From: a virus
Lineage: Duplodnaviria; Heunggongvirae; Uroviricota; Caudoviricetes
IMG/VR virus record: IMGVR_UViG_3300028920_000902
Span: 12,298-76,297 of that record
Length of the DNA stretch: 64,000 nt
Direction: 5' to 3' (one strand)
Part shown: positions 44,251-54,311 of the stretch, in pieces
How positions within the stretch are numbered: the first letter of the stretch is position 1
How the letters are laid out: each line of letters opens with the position of its first letter
Program-made: the position numbers and the translations under genes
Notes under the pieces: generated by a model
Seen by the model: only the letters and a program-made list of their open reading frames with translations
Database searches by the model: none
What the model was told of the DNA's origin: nothing

Positions 44251-44935
44251 GCATTATCTCCTCACACGGTGGAATTTGGGAATCTATTCAAGGGCACAGA
44301 AGACCGTTGGGGGCGGCCGGATTGACCCCGAACAATGGATGGTGTCACGATTCCGGCTCTGGGAGAAATACTGTGTTCCGTCTGTTTTTAATCAGACCTG
44401 CCAGAACTTTACATGGCTTGTGGTTTTTGATCCGGCAACACCACGGCATTACGTTGAACGAGCAACGGCCATTTTGCACCCCAAACACGAGATTCTGTTT
44501 GCCAACAATTTCAGGCAGGGGATTAAAGTGCGGATTGGAAAGCCGACGGTTGACCGGCTCATCACCTCGCGGTTGGATAACGATGATGCGCTCCATGTTG
44601 ATTACATCAAGAAAATCCAAGAGCGGTTTCTTAGGCGCACTAAAACGGGTCTTTATGTGTTTCCGACAGGGTGGATTTGGAATCCCAGGAAGAGGAAGCT
44701 CTACCATTGTCGGTATCTCAGGAACCCGTTTCTGACATTGGTGGAGAAGCCGCAAACGAAGGTGCATACGGTTTTGGCGCACAGACATACGAAAATTGGG
44801 GAGATGTTTAAGGTACATCGGCTGGAGGGTGGGCATCGGTGGGTGCAGATAATCCACGGGGAGAACTTGGCGAACTACTGCCACGGTGACAGGGTGGATG
44901 AAAAGTTGCTGGTGGAGGGGGAGTATTGGGGATGA
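44222..44935 (+). CDS. putative glycosyltransferase (LTRWN-type N-terminus, rhamnosyltransferase-like)
   Basis: HYLLTRWNLGIY N-terminal motif; DNDD motif. Confidence 0.4.
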   Translation: MKLGQTPTFEHYLLTRWNLGIYSRAQKTVGGGRIDPEQWMVSRFRLWEKYCVPSVFNQTCQNFTWLVVFDPATPRHYVERATAILHPKHEILFANNFRQGIKVRIGKPTVDRLITSRLDNDDALHVDYIKKIQERFLRRTKTGLYVFPTGWIWNPRKRKLYHCRYLRNPFLTLVEKPQTKVHTVLAHRHTKIGEMFKVHRLEGGHRWVQIIHGENLANYCHGDRVDEKLLVEGEYWG

Positions 44936-45627
44936 TACTTGCCAAGAAGGCGAATGCTGAGTTTGGGTGGTTTCTGATGCGCTGGCAGGGGCATTTGCGG
45001 TATTTGTCACAGAAGCACAAGGTAAAAGTGGAGTGCGAGGATTGGCAGCGGTATTTGGTGAGTGATTTTGAGTATACGGGTGAGCCAGAGGATGAGGTGA
45101 CAGAGGTACACTATACCAAGCGGCTGCAAAGAAAAAAGCACCTGAAGCAGGAGTTCATACGCTATGGGGTGCTTGGTTCTCATCCGGGGTACGATGTTGT
45201 GATACACGCCCGGAATTTGAACAAGGGCGTTCATCGAAATTGGCCGGACGAGAAGTGGCAGGAGCTGGTGAAGGAGCTGAATGGATACCAGATTGCTTTT
45301 GTGGGCACATACGATGGGGCGCGGTGTTGGGGCGGGGACAAGCGCGGGGTGCCGCTGGAAGAGCTGTGTAACATCATGTGTAATTCTGACTTGTTTATTG
45401 CAGAGTCTAGCGGCCCGGCACACTTGGCAAGCCTGTGTGGGTTGAACCACTTGGTGATTACGGATCGGCGAAGGTGGCGGGTGGGGTGGAAAAAGTCGCG
45501 CAATTGGAACCGTTACGTCCGTGATTGGAACCCCTTGGGCACTCCGGCATATGTGCTGGATCAGGATGACTACAATCCGCCCGTGGCGAAGGTGCTGCGG
45601 GCAATCGAGAAGAACGGGTTACTGTGA
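44926..45627 (+). CDS. glycosyltransferase family 9-like (heptosyltransferase-like)
   Basis: RNWPDEKWQELVKEL and AESSGPAHLASLCG match GT9 C-terminal motifs. Confidence 0.55.
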   Translation: MGMILAKKANAEFGWFLMRWQGHLRYLSQKHKVKVECEDWQRYLVSDFEYTGEPEDEVTEVHYTKRLQRKKHLKQEFIRYGVLGSHPGYDVVIHARNLNKGVHRNWPDEKWQELVKELNGYQIAFVGTYDGARCWGGDKRGVPLEELCNIMCNSDLFIAESSGPAHLASLCGLNHLVITDRRRWRVGWKKSRNWNRYVRDWNPLGTPAYVLDQDDYNPPVAKVLRAIEKNGLL

Positions 45628-45733
45628 CTATAATCCGCCGGTAGAGAGGGTGCTTCATGCTATTGACAAAAACGGGCTTCTTTAGAAGACAGGGCGGTGA
45701 TGAATTTGCGCGTCTCAACTTTCCGGAGGTGGC

Positions 45734-46492
45734 GTGATCAAAATAGCCAATATGTCACCGGAAGATATTGCACACATTGTGCCCCCAAACACAATTTTAC
45801 TTGGGTATATGGGTTCAATATCACACGGTACACAGATTGTTGGCCCTGACTCGATAGACGACAAGGACATCATGGGGTGTGCGGTTGGGCCGATTGAGTG
45901 CTATTATGGGCTCAAGAAGTTTGAGCAGCGGGAGTGTAAGCGTGGTGTGTGGGACTCGGTTATCTACGAGTTGCGAAAGTATGTGTGTTTGTTGCTCAAG
46001 CAGAACCCAAACGTTCTGGGGTTGCTCTGGCTCCAGCGCAAGGACTACATACACATTTCCCCCGCAGGCCAGCGCCTTATTGATAACCGTACCCTTTTTG
46101 TGTCGAAAAAGGCATATCACAGCTTTGTGGGATACGCCCACGGGCAGTTACATCGTATGACACATGGTGCATATCAGGGATATATGGGGCAGAAGCGCAA
46201 GCAGTTGGTTGATAGGCATGGGTATGACACGAAGAACGCGGCACACCTTGTGCGTCTTCTCAGAATGGGCATTGAGTATTTAGTGGAGGGTGAGTTGCAT
46301 GTGTTTCGTGAAGATGCCCCAGAGCTTAAGGCCATTAAGCGTGGCGAGTGGACTCTTGAGCGCGTACAGCGTGAAGCTGACAGGCTATTTGAGTTGGCGC
46401 GAGAGGCGCATGTGAGATCATCATTGCCATCAGGGCCAGATTATGGTGGCGCGGAGAAGCTTCTTGTGTCAATTCTTAGGGACACCTTGTGA
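45734..46492 (+). CDS. nucleotidyltransferase-fold (Pol beta-like) protein
   Basis: GSISHGTQIVGPDSIDDKD resembles the hG[GS]...DxD minimal nucleotidyltransferase motif. Confidence 0.45.
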   Translation: MIKIANMSPEDIAHIVPPNTILLGYMGSISHGTQIVGPDSIDDKDIMGCAVGPIECYYGLKKFEQRECKRGVWDSVIYELRKYVCLLLKQNPNVLGLLWLQRKDYIHISPAGQRLIDNRTLFVSKKAYHSFVGYAHGQLHRMTHGAYQGYMGQKRKQLVDRHGYDTKNAAHLVRLLRMGIEYLVEGELHVFREDAPELKAIKRGEWTLERVQREADRLFELAREAHVRSSLPSGPDYGGAEKLLVSILRDTL

Positions 46493-47418
46493 ACATTTAC
46501 TTCCACGCCTCGGGGCCCAAGTCTGGTTTAGACAACAATGGCGGCTCCCGCACCATCCTCAAGTCTGCCGAGGTGCTGCGGGAACTAGGTCACCATGTAG
46601 ACGTTGTGGCGTCCTATGATGCTTTCACATGGTTCTCTCACCCCAAGCCAATCAAGCAGGTGCCAGAGGGTGATGGTGTGGTCGTAGCTGTCAGTGCACG
46701 GGATGTGAAGAATGCCGTCAAATATGCTCGGGGAAAGCCGGTTTATTGGTGGATACGTGGCAAGGAACTGTGGCAGATGCCCGAGGAGAAGTTGATTCAG
46801 CGGGCGAAGTGGGTGAATTGCATAGTGAACGCCGAACACTTGCGGGATTGGCTCAAATCGCATGGTGTCAAGTCAAAACTGTGCTATGCCGGGATTGACG
46901 ATTTGTGGGAGCCAGAGGGTGATGACCTGTGGGACATGGCAGGGTTCAAGGCATCGGAAAATATACAAGATCCGATAGTTGTTGGGTGTCTGAAGAACAT
47001 GCATCACCCCACGAAGCGGTGGGATATGTGCCTCGATTTGTTGGGGCGGTTGGACGAGAAGCGGTTCAAGGTGATTCACACGGGTGCCCCGGACAAGACC
47101 GAAGAGCAGATGCGGGAAATATACCAAAAATGTGATATATGGTTTGCACCATCAGAACTGGAGGGCTTTCACAATGTACCGCTGGAAGCGGGTCTATGTG
47201 GGTGTTTGGTTGTGTGTCGGCGCAGCCCTCGTGGGGGTTGTCGGGACTACGCTACTGAAGAGACTGCACACCTCTTTGACACAATTGAGGAGGCGGTCGA
47301 AGCTATTCTCCGCCCTGACTTCCGTAAGATACCACGGTTTTTCCAATATGCGTGGCCGAAGATAGGGAGCAGACACTCCAACATGGAGAAGTTTGTGGGG
47401 ATATTGTGCCGAAAGTAA
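46489..47418 (+). CDS. GT4-type (GT-B) glycosyltransferase
   Basis: ELEGFHNVPLEAGLCGCLVV E-x7-E motif. Confidence 0.65.
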   Translation: MNIYFHASGPKSGLDNNGGSRTILKSAEVLRELGHHVDVVASYDAFTWFSHPKPIKQVPEGDGVVVAVSARDVKNAVKYARGKPVYWWIRGKELWQMPEEKLIQRAKWVNCIVNAEHLRDWLKSHGVKSKLCYAGIDDLWEPEGDDLWDMAGFKASENIQDPIVVGCLKNMHHPTKRWDMCLDLLGRLDEKRFKVIHTGAPDKTEEQMREIYQKCDIWFAPSELEGFHNVPLEAGLCGCLVVCRRSPRGGCRDYATEETAHLFDTIEEAVEAILRPDFRKIPRFFQYAWPKIGSRHSNMEKFVGILCRK

Positions 47419-48116
47419 GTGTCTGTGTGCCCCTCTATAACTATGATCGCCACATCGTGGATTGTTTGCTGTCGTGTATCTGCCAGCCAGAGAGAGATAT
47501 TGAGGTAGTTGTGGTGGACGATTGCTCCACCGACCGCTCGTTGGAGTTCGCCCGGATGATGGAATCGGTTGATTCCCGCATACGGGTATTGGCCCATGCG
47601 GAGAATCTCGGCTATTCTGCGGCAAAAAACACCGCGATACGGGCCGCTAACTCTCCATATATCAGGATGTTAGACAGCGATGATATGCTAACGCTCGTGG
47701 GAATCACCAAGCCCCTCAAGGCCATTGAGGAAACAGGTGCCGATTTTGTTCATGGGATAGCTTACAAGTTGGATGGCAAAAACTCCACGGCAGGATATGC
47801 TCAAGCTCTGCGGAAGCAGCACAGACTGTCTTTTGACCGGCGCCCGGACATACATGCTCAGGGGGTTCTGTATCGGCGGGATTTGCATAAAAATTATGGG
47901 TATTATCCGGCAACCCTGCGGTCTCGCTCGGATAAATTCATGTGGCGATTATTTCAACATCGCGGCGTGAAGATGCACAAGATAGACTCGAAGCTTGCTT
48001 TTTACCGCATACATGGTAAATCTATGCAGGCATACCGCAATGCTCACCCAAAGTACAACAAAGAACAGACCGATGAGCTGAGGCGTCTTTTGCGTGCGGA
48101 GGGGATAACGTGGTAG
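47406..48116 (+). CDS. glycosyltransferase family 2
   Basis: VSVCVPLYNYDRHI...VVVVDDCSTD...LDSDD. Confidence 0.7.
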   Translation: MPKVSVCVPLYNYDRHIVDCLLSCICQPERDIEVVVVDDCSTDRSLEFARMMESVDSRIRVLAHAENLGYSAAKNTAIRAANSPYIRMLDSDDMLTLVGITKPLKAIEETGADFVHGIAYKLDGKNSTAGYAQALRKQHRLSFDRRPDIHAQGVLYRRDLHKNYGYYPATLRSRSDKFMWRLFQHRGVKMHKIDSKLAFYRIHGKSMQAYRNAHPKYNKEQTDELRRLLRAEGITW

Positions 48117-49012
48117 TTCTCATCCATGTGAGTCGCCGGAGAACAACGGGGAAAGACAAGTTTCTGGGTCGCCTGTCTGACGAAATTGAGCGGCAGGGTC
48201 ACAAGGTTGTACGCTCTCCCAAGGAAAAGCACGACATCTATTTGGACAGAATATCGTTCAAGTGGGATACGGGGGCGCCACGGATTCTGCGGTTGAACGG
48301 GGTACACATAAACTCAGACCGTCCGATGAAGAAGCCCAATGACGAAATACGGCATCACGCCAAGCGGGCTGATGGGATAGTGTATCAGTCGCAGTTTTGC
48401 AAACAGATGAACGAGCGGTATGCCACGTATGGGCTGAAAATACCCAATCGTGTGATATTCAACGGCGCTCCGGTGGTGAGGCGGCGCTCAAAGCTGGCAA
48501 CACTCTATGACCGTACTTTTGTGGCATGTGCCAGATGGCGCCCACACAAGCGGCTGAATGACATTGTTGAGGCATTTGGACTAGCTAACATTCCCAATGC
48601 AGAGCTGGTTGTGTTAGGTAAGGTTACTCCTCGTTGTGTGCCGAATGTGCGTTTTATGGGGACGGTGAGCCAAGATGTGGTTGAGGCGCTGATGACCAAT
48701 GCGGTGGCGTCAATACACATTGCGTATCTTGATTGGTGTCCAAACAGCGTTGTCGAGGCACAGATGTGTGGGTGTCCGGTGATAACAAACAACGTGGGGG
48801 GCACGCGGGAAATTGCCCCAGAGCATGTGGTGGAAATCGACCCGGAATACTACGGCAAATCCGTGCGTTTGTATCACCCCCCATTGGTGGATCGACACAA
48901 GATTGCGAGTGCCATGTGGGCCTCGCTGAAGTGGGAACCCCCACAGACAGATCACATAGACATACGGAACGTGGCGAAACAGTATATTGAGTTCATGGAG
49001 ACGTTGCTATGA
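48110..49012 (+). CDS. GT4-type (GT-B) glycosyltransferase
   Basis: DWCPNSVVEAQMCGCPVI. Confidence 0.65.
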   Translation: MVVLIHVSRRRTTGKDKFLGRLSDEIERQGHKVVRSPKEKHDIYLDRISFKWDTGAPRILRLNGVHINSDRPMKKPNDEIRHHAKRADGIVYQSQFCKQMNERYATYGLKIPNRVIFNGAPVVRRRSKLATLYDRTFVACARWRPHKRLNDIVEAFGLANIPNAELVVLGKVTPRCVPNVRFMGTVSQDVVEALMTNAVASIHIAYLDWCPNSVVEAQMCGCPVITNNVGGTREIAPEHVVEIDPEYYGKSVRLYHPPLVDRHKIASAMWASLKWEPPQTDHIDIRNVAKQYIEFMETLL

Positions 49013-49674
49013 GGTGTGCCGTTCTGGGAAGGGGAAAGAGCCTTGCGCTGTGGAACGCCATTCCGGCGAGGCCGTTGTTTGACCTGATCTATCTTGTGAA
49101 TGACTGTTCCGAGGAGTCGCGGCGCATAGGGTTGACTGCGGAAGACGGAACGATAGAGCACGTATTCGGCCGTAAAAACGCAACGGTGCTAACCAGGGAG
49201 ACATACGAGAGGCTGAATGTCAAAACGGCATGGGTGAATGCGCTTGGGGTGGACAATATACGGAACATGAAGCGGATGCTGCAATCCATACCCCAGCAGA
49301 CAAAGGTTCACACTCGCCCCCCGTGTATGTACGACCGGGGGTATTTGCCGATAGGCTGGAAGAAGCTGCTTCGTGGGGTTACGTCGGCGGCGAGGCGGTC
49401 AGACAACGGCAATGCGTGGCCCACGACCGGTCTGTATGCCATAGGGCTTATGCTGGCGAAGAATAGCCCGAGTGAGGTGTGGTTGTTCGGGTTTGATTTT
49501 TACCGCGACAAGTACCTGATTAAGGCGAATCGCCCCCACCAGAACCAGGGGGCTGCCAAGGTGCAAATGATGTATCGGTATTTGCAGAAGCTTGTGGATG
49601 AATTTGCGGAAACGCAGTTCTATTCGGCAACGGATTTGGGTATGGAGGGTGAGAATTGGCACTTAATCCGGTGA
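49009..49674 (+). CDS. CstII/Maf-like (GT42/DUF115-type) nonulosonic-acid transferase, paralog 1
   Basis: AVLGRGKSL (cf. AGNGPSL) and TGLYAIGLMLAKNSPSEVWLFGFDFY (cf. SGVYMCAVAIALGYKEIYLSGIDFY of CstII). Confidence 0.55.
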   Translation: MRCAVLGRGKSLALWNAIPARPLFDLIYLVNDCSEESRRIGLTAEDGTIEHVFGRKNATVLTRETYERLNVKTAWVNALGVDNIRNMKRMLQSIPQQTKVHTRPPCMYDRGYLPIGWKKLLRGVTSAARRSDNGNAWPTTGLYAIGLMLAKNSPSEVWLFGFDFYRDKYLIKANRPHQNQGAAKVQMMYRYLQKLVDEFAETQFYSATDLGMEGENWHLIR

Positions 49675-50210
49675 AGCTCATTTCTGTTGCCAAAGTTGTG
49701 GACAGTCAGTATCGCAACGGCAAGTTTAATCGCATGGACATGATTATGCGGCTGCTGTGTGCCGAAGAGGGGGGCAAATGGTGGAAGCAGTATCGGAAGA
49801 TGCAGCATATTCGCATCAACAAGATACGCAAGATTCGCCCAAACAAGTGGCCGTCGGGATATGAAAAGAGGCGCGTCAAGGACTTTCTGGCGCTGCTGGA
49901 GTCGTTTGCCGAGAAGGGGTATGACATGTCGGTGAAGGGCATACGGCTTGACCGGGACTTGGAAATTGTGAACGGGTCGCACCGCCTTGCGTGCTGTATA
50001 CTGAATGGAATAAGTGAGATACCAGTACAATGGCCTCCGGAGAGTACAAAGGTGCGACGGCCATATGCGCTGAAATGGTTCAAGAAGCACGGGTTTTCAA
50101 AGCGAGTTCTTAGGGGGCTTGAGGCGCGGCGCCGAAAGCTGTTGAAGGATTTGGGACTCAAAGACAGGACAACAGATGAGTATTTTGAAAACAACATCGG
50201 GTGGGGCTAG
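49656..50210 (+). CDS. ParB/sulfiredoxin-fold domain protein, paralog 1
   Basis: GYDMSVKGIRLDRDLEIVNGSHRLACCILNGISEIPV matches the ParB N-terminal G-x-HR-x-A core. Confidence 0.55.
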   Translation: MALNPVKLISVAKVVDSQYRNGKFNRMDMIMRLLCAEEGGKWWKQYRKMQHIRINKIRKIRPNKWPSGYEKRRVKDFLALLESFAEKGYDMSVKGIRLDRDLEIVNGSHRLACCILNGISEIPVQWPPESTKVRRPYALKWFKKHGFSKRVLRGLEARRRKLLKDLGLKDRTTDEYFENNIGWG

Positions 50211-51048
50211 GGTTATTTGTGAGTGCTGCTGCAACCATCAGGGCGATTTGGACATTGCCAGAGAGATGGTGGTGGTTGCTGCAACGTATTGCAAGGTAGA
50301 CTACGTTAAATTCCAGAAACGATGCGTGTGGGACTTGCTGACCGATGAGCAGTATGTGCGTCCATACGATGGGCCGAATTCCTTTGGAGCAACATATGGG
50401 GAGCATCGTGAGGCGCTGGAATTTTCCATGCCGGAGCATTATACCCTACGCGACCTGTGCCACCAGCATGGTGTAGGGTATGGGTGTTCTGTGTGGGACA
50501 AGACCTCTGCGCGGCAGTTGGTGGAGATGAGGCCAGACCTGTTGAAGATACCGTCTGCGAAGAACCACGATATTGACATGATGGCATGGATACTTGAGCG
50601 ATACGAGGGGCCGCTGCATGTGTCCTGTGGCATGATGACCAAGGACGAACGGGACAATTTGCGCCGCCTTACGAGTGAGTGGAAGGGGCGCATTGTGGTG
50701 TACCATTGTACGTCGGCATATCCGGTGGAATTTGAGGACGTGTGCTTGGCTGAGATTGACCTGTTGCGGCGAGAGTGGTCACATGCGGCGGCCGTGGGGT
50801 TCTCCGGTCACCATCGTGGCATTGCGGTGGATATTGCGGCGGTGGAGCGTGGGGCACAATGGGTTGAGCGGCATTTCACGCTGGACAGGACGTGGAAGGG
50901 CACAGACCACGCGGCGTCGCTGGAGCCTGACGGCATGAAGCGGCTGGTGCGGGACTTGCGGAATGTGCGGGTGGCAAGCGGCGTGAAGGAGAAGGACATC
51001 CTCGATTGCGAAGTCCCCAACCGGAGGAAGCTCAAGGGTGAAGACTAG
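50176..51048 (+). CDS. neuB: N-acetylneuraminate (nonulosonic acid) synthase NeuB/PseI/LegI family
   Basis: NHQGDLDIAREMVVVAATYCKVDYVKFQ ... GFSGHHRGIAVDIAAVERGAQWVERHFTLD matches NeuB TIM-barrel motifs; no C-terminal SAF domain. Confidence 0.75.
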   Translation: MSILKTTSGGARVICECCCNHQGDLDIAREMVVVAATYCKVDYVKFQKRCVWDLLTDEQYVRPYDGPNSFGATYGEHREALEFSMPEHYTLRDLCHQHGVGYGCSVWDKTSARQLVEMRPDLLKIPSAKNHDIDMMAWILERYEGPLHVSCGMMTKDERDNLRRLTSEWKGRIVVYHCTSAYPVEFEDVCLAEIDLLRREWSHAAAVGFSGHHRGIAVDIAAVERGAQWVERHFTLDRTWKGTDHAASLEPDGMKRLVRDLRNVRVASGVKEKDILDCEVPNRRKLKGED

Positions 51049-51700
51049 AGCGCTGATACCAATTCGGGCGGGGAGTAAGGGCATTCCCAACAAGAACATG
51101 AAGGAGATGTGCGGCAAGCCCCTATGCTATTGGGTTATTGATGCGGCTTTGGGGGCCAAATCTGTGGACGAGGTGTGGGTGAGTACCGACTATGACGAAG
51201 ACATTGTTGGGCACATCGAGCCATGTCTTGGTGTGCGAGTTTTGTATCGTCCCGCATGGCTTGCTACCGATACCGCAACCTCGGACGATGTTCTGCGGCA
51301 CTTCTGTTGGTCTGAGTGTGAGCCGGATGACGTAGTGGTGATGCTTCAGGCGACAAGCCCGCTGACTACTGGCAAGGATATAGACGGGGCTGTTGATAAG
51401 AGTACAAAGCACGACAGTCTTCTGTCTGTTGTAAATCCGAGGTGCTGTTTCTATTGGGACGAGGATGGTTGTCCAATTAATTATAATCCAAGCACACGAC
51501 CGTTTCGTGGCGAGATTAAAAAGATATGCATGGAAAACGGGGCTATATACATAACTAGCGCGGGCGCTTGTATGAGGGGCGAACCCCGTATCTGGGGTGA
51601 TACAGGTATGTATATGATGCCCCCAGAGACAGCCACAGAGATAGACACCCCCGAAGATTGGGACATCGTGGAGAAGCTGCTTGAAGCTCGCCTTTCGTAG
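51038..51700 (+). CDS. neuA: acylneuraminate cytidylyltransferase (CMP-nonulosonic acid synthetase) family
   Basis: ALIPIRAGSKGIPNKN canonical N-terminus, MLQATSPL, and a conserved C-terminal region; GTG start with AGGAAG RBS. Confidence 0.8.
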   Translation: MKTRALIPIRAGSKGIPNKNMKEMCGKPLCYWVIDAALGAKSVDEVWVSTDYDEDIVGHIEPCLGVRVLYRPAWLATDTATSDDVLRHFCWSECEPDDVVVMLQATSPLTTGKDIDGAVDKSTKHDSLLSVVNPRCCFYWDEDGCPINYNPSTRPFRGEIKKICMENGAIYITSAGACMRGEPRIWGDTGMYMMPPETATEIDTPEDWDIVEKLLEARLS

Positions 51701-51704
51701 ATGT

Positions 51705-52604
51705 ATGATGCAGCGGTACAGGGCTATCCTGCACCTTGTAGACCCGCTCATAGAGATGGGTCACGAGTTGAAACTGGTGGTGTCTGACCACGATGTGAAT
51801 ATCGAGGCTTACCGCGCACGACCCTGCGACTTTGCGGCTTCCGCTCCGAACACCGTGGCGTATCTTGCTGGCACCATTGGTTTAACAATTAAGCATTTGG
51901 ACAGGGTGAAATATACTCTCAAGAAACACCCCATTTGTGACCAATACCTTGGGTATGACAATTCGCGGGATGACATATTTGGAATACCCTATGTGGGCGA
52001 TTCCTGTTACTGGCGAGGAAAAACAATTACCACCGGCAATCCGATGCGGGATTTGATTACGGATGATTACCGTCCCAACACGGTGTTGATTCTTCATCCC
52101 GGTGGCGGCAGGGGGTACGTTTCGCCGATTCGGCAGGATTGGGCCAAAGAAATAACCACGCGGAACAACATTGAATTTCTGCGGTGTATTATTGATTGTC
52201 TGCCCGCGTCTGTGATCCAAATCACAATCAAGACCCATCCCGCCCCGTATCGGCGCTGCACAAAATCGGCACTTGAGAAGTTTGTTGCGCCAAATCTACA
52301 GCAACCAGTCACGGTGGAGGACACTAACCTTATAGGGCTTATCAACTCCCATGAGTACATATTGAATTTTGGGGGGACATCTGCGCTGTGGGTAATGGGC
52401 AGCGGGAAGAAGTGGGCCAACGTCACGGGGCTGGTGAAGTATCCTGACTCAAACCAGCGAGAGAAGTTTTTGTCTGCGCGAGGGGGAGGCGTGCGGATAG
52501 AGAACTTGGCCGAGTGGTTTGAGAAGCCAGCCCCTGCGGCGCAGCCCAAGCCAAATGCGGTTCCCAAAATACTGAAGGCGATGCATGAATCTTTTGGCCT
52601 TTGA
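51705..52604 (+). CDS. putative glycosyltransferase / capsule-polysaccharide-biosynthesis-like protein
   Basis: No sharp motif; GT-B-like length and context. Confidence 0.35.
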   Translation: MMQRYRAILHLVDPLIEMGHELKLVVSDHDVNIEAYRARPCDFAASAPNTVAYLAGTIGLTIKHLDRVKYTLKKHPICDQYLGYDNSRDDIFGIPYVGDSCYWRGKTITTGNPMRDLITDDYRPNTVLILHPGGGRGYVSPIRQDWAKEITTRNNIEFLRCIIDCLPASVIQITIKTHPAPYRRCTKSALEKFVAPNLQQPVTVEDTNLIGLINSHEYILNFGGTSALWVMGSGKKWANVTGLVKYPDSNQREKFLSARGGGVRIENLAEWFEKPAPAAQPKPNAVPKILKAMHESFGL

Positions 52605-53463
52605 GAGCGTCGAGCAGTACAAGGAGGTGCTTCACGACGATACGTTTGTGAAGATACCCTTCAAGAAATGGCCGACTGTTGGCAACGAGACGATGAAGAA
52701 GTATGCCTATACGACATGGCAGCCAGACGCACCGTATGTCATACTCCTGAATACCTACAAGGGCAAGTATGAGAGCGAGACGGAATGGGTCAGGGGGTTT
52801 CGGGGCAAGCGCTTGTGTGTGGTAGACGGTGGAGACAAGGGCCGGTATTGGGAGCCATTTGTGAGTGTGGCGGATGTGTATATAAAGGAGAATTCGTATC
52901 GTAACACAGACCGTGATAATGTGCGGATTGGGTGTTACTGTCCCAGCATGAAGGTGCCGTTTTTGCTCAAGAAACACAAGATTGAATGGTGCGAGAGGCG
53001 TGTGCGCGATTGGTTGTTCTGTGGCGACATGCACAAGGCGCGGAAGCGGCATGTGAAGAAGTGGGTTCATTCAGGGCTGAAGGGCAAATGGGGCGATGAA
53101 CACACATATGGTCGCCCGCAATATCTCAAGGAGATGGGCCGGTCGCGGATGGCCCCCTCGTTTAGGGGGTATGGGGACAGGTGCCGCAGGGAGTGGGAGG
53201 CGTTGCTTACGGGGGCATTGCTGGTGCAGGACGAGAGGCTGGTGGACTATCCGTTTGTTGTCATGCAGCCGGGAAAGCACTTTTCATTTGAGGCCAAATG
53301 GAACGAGAAAATTGCCTGTGCCGGATACGATCTTGCTCGGAAGTGCTGGATGTGTAGCCCAAGTATAGACATCAGGATGGCGGCGCTGTACACCTTTTTT
53401 GATGTGCCCCAGATGTGGACATATGGGGATGTTGTCGAAGCGGAGAACAGATGGTTTTCTTAG
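52585..53463 (+). CDS. exostosin-like (GT47-like) glycosyltransferase, paralog A
   Basis: C-terminal CRREWEALLTGALLVQDERLVDYPF resembles the exostosin GT47 core (FCLxPxG...R...EAL..GCIPV..D...PF). Confidence 0.45.
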   Translation: MNLLAFESVEQYKEVLHDDTFVKIPFKKWPTVGNETMKKYAYTTWQPDAPYVILLNTYKGKYESETEWVRGFRGKRLCVVDGGDKGRYWEPFVSVADVYIKENSYRNTDRDNVRIGCYCPSMKVPFLLKKHKIEWCERRVRDWLFCGDMHKARKRHVKKWVHSGLKGKWGDEHTYGRPQYLKEMGRSRMAPSFRGYGDRCRREWEALLTGALLVQDERLVDYPFVVMQPGKHFSFEAKWNEKIACAGYDLARKCWMCSPSIDIRMAALYTFFDVPQMWTYGDVVEAENRWFS

Positions 53464-54311
53464 TGTTTGAAAGCCCAGAACACTATGCCGAGGTTCTTGG
53501 CGACACGTCGTTTGTCAAGTCTACTGTTCCGGGTTTTCCCGTTGTGGCGAACAGGTCTATGTTGCGGTGTATAAGAACAGAGTGGCGTTCAGATTATCCA
53601 TATGTGATGGTGTTGAGATATCGCGGGGGGGAGATTGGGGGCTTCAGGGGAAAGCGCATTCTTTTTTCGGACTATCGGCCGGAGCCATCGCTGTTGGATG
53701 AGTTTCGGTGGGTTGATATTTATGTGAAAGAAAACAGCGCCACTTGCTCGGACGGGAACTTGAGAGTTGGGGCGTATCGCCCAAGCGCGGCTGTGCCGTG
53801 GTCTATTTACCGACACCCGGAACTGATAAGGCAAAAGAAAAAGCTGGATGTGTTTTTTTGTGGGCAATTGCGTGGCGGGCGAAAAAGGAAGCTTCGTGGA
53901 TTTAGCGGCAAACGTGTTAAGATTTGTGGGACGAAATATGGACGCAAGAAGTACCTTGAGATGATGGCAAAATCGAGGGTGTGTCCATCGTATACGGGGC
54001 TTGGAAAGCGGTGTCGGAGAGAGTGGGAGGCGCTGTTGTGTAACTCCCTCCTCATGGTTGACAACGATTTGCGCCAGTACCCGTTTAATGTGATGCTGCC
54101 AGACAAGCATTTTGTATGGGATGGAAATTTGGAGCGAGCGCTTGCAGGAGAATTTGAACACATTAGGCTGGCTGGACACGAGCTGGCGCGGAAGTGTTTT
54201 CTTTCGTCGCCATCGGTGGATATTCGTGCTGCGGCCCTTTATTTGTTTTTTGATGTGCCACAAATGTGGACATATGACGAACTTGTAGCACAAGAGGAGA
54301 AGCTGCTGTGA
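53451..54311 (+). CDS. exostosin-like (GT47-like) glycosyltransferase, paralog B (tandem duplicate)
   Basis: Collinear with the preceding gene (FESPEHYAEVL vs FESVEQYKEVL; CRREWEAL; DIRxAALYxFFDVPQMWTYD). Confidence 0.45.
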   Translation: MVFLVFESPEHYAEVLGDTSFVKSTVPGFPVVANRSMLRCIRTEWRSDYPYVMVLRYRGGEIGGFRGKRILFSDYRPEPSLLDEFRWVDIYVKENSATCSDGNLRVGAYRPSAAVPWSIYRHPELIRQKKKLDVFFCGQLRGGRKRKLRGFSGKRVKICGTKYGRKKYLEMMAKSRVCPSYTGLGKRCRREWEALLCNSLLMVDNDLRQYPFNVMLPDKHFVWDGNLERALAGEFEHIRLAGHELARKCFLSSPSVDIRAAALYLFFDVPQMWTYDELVAQEEKLL

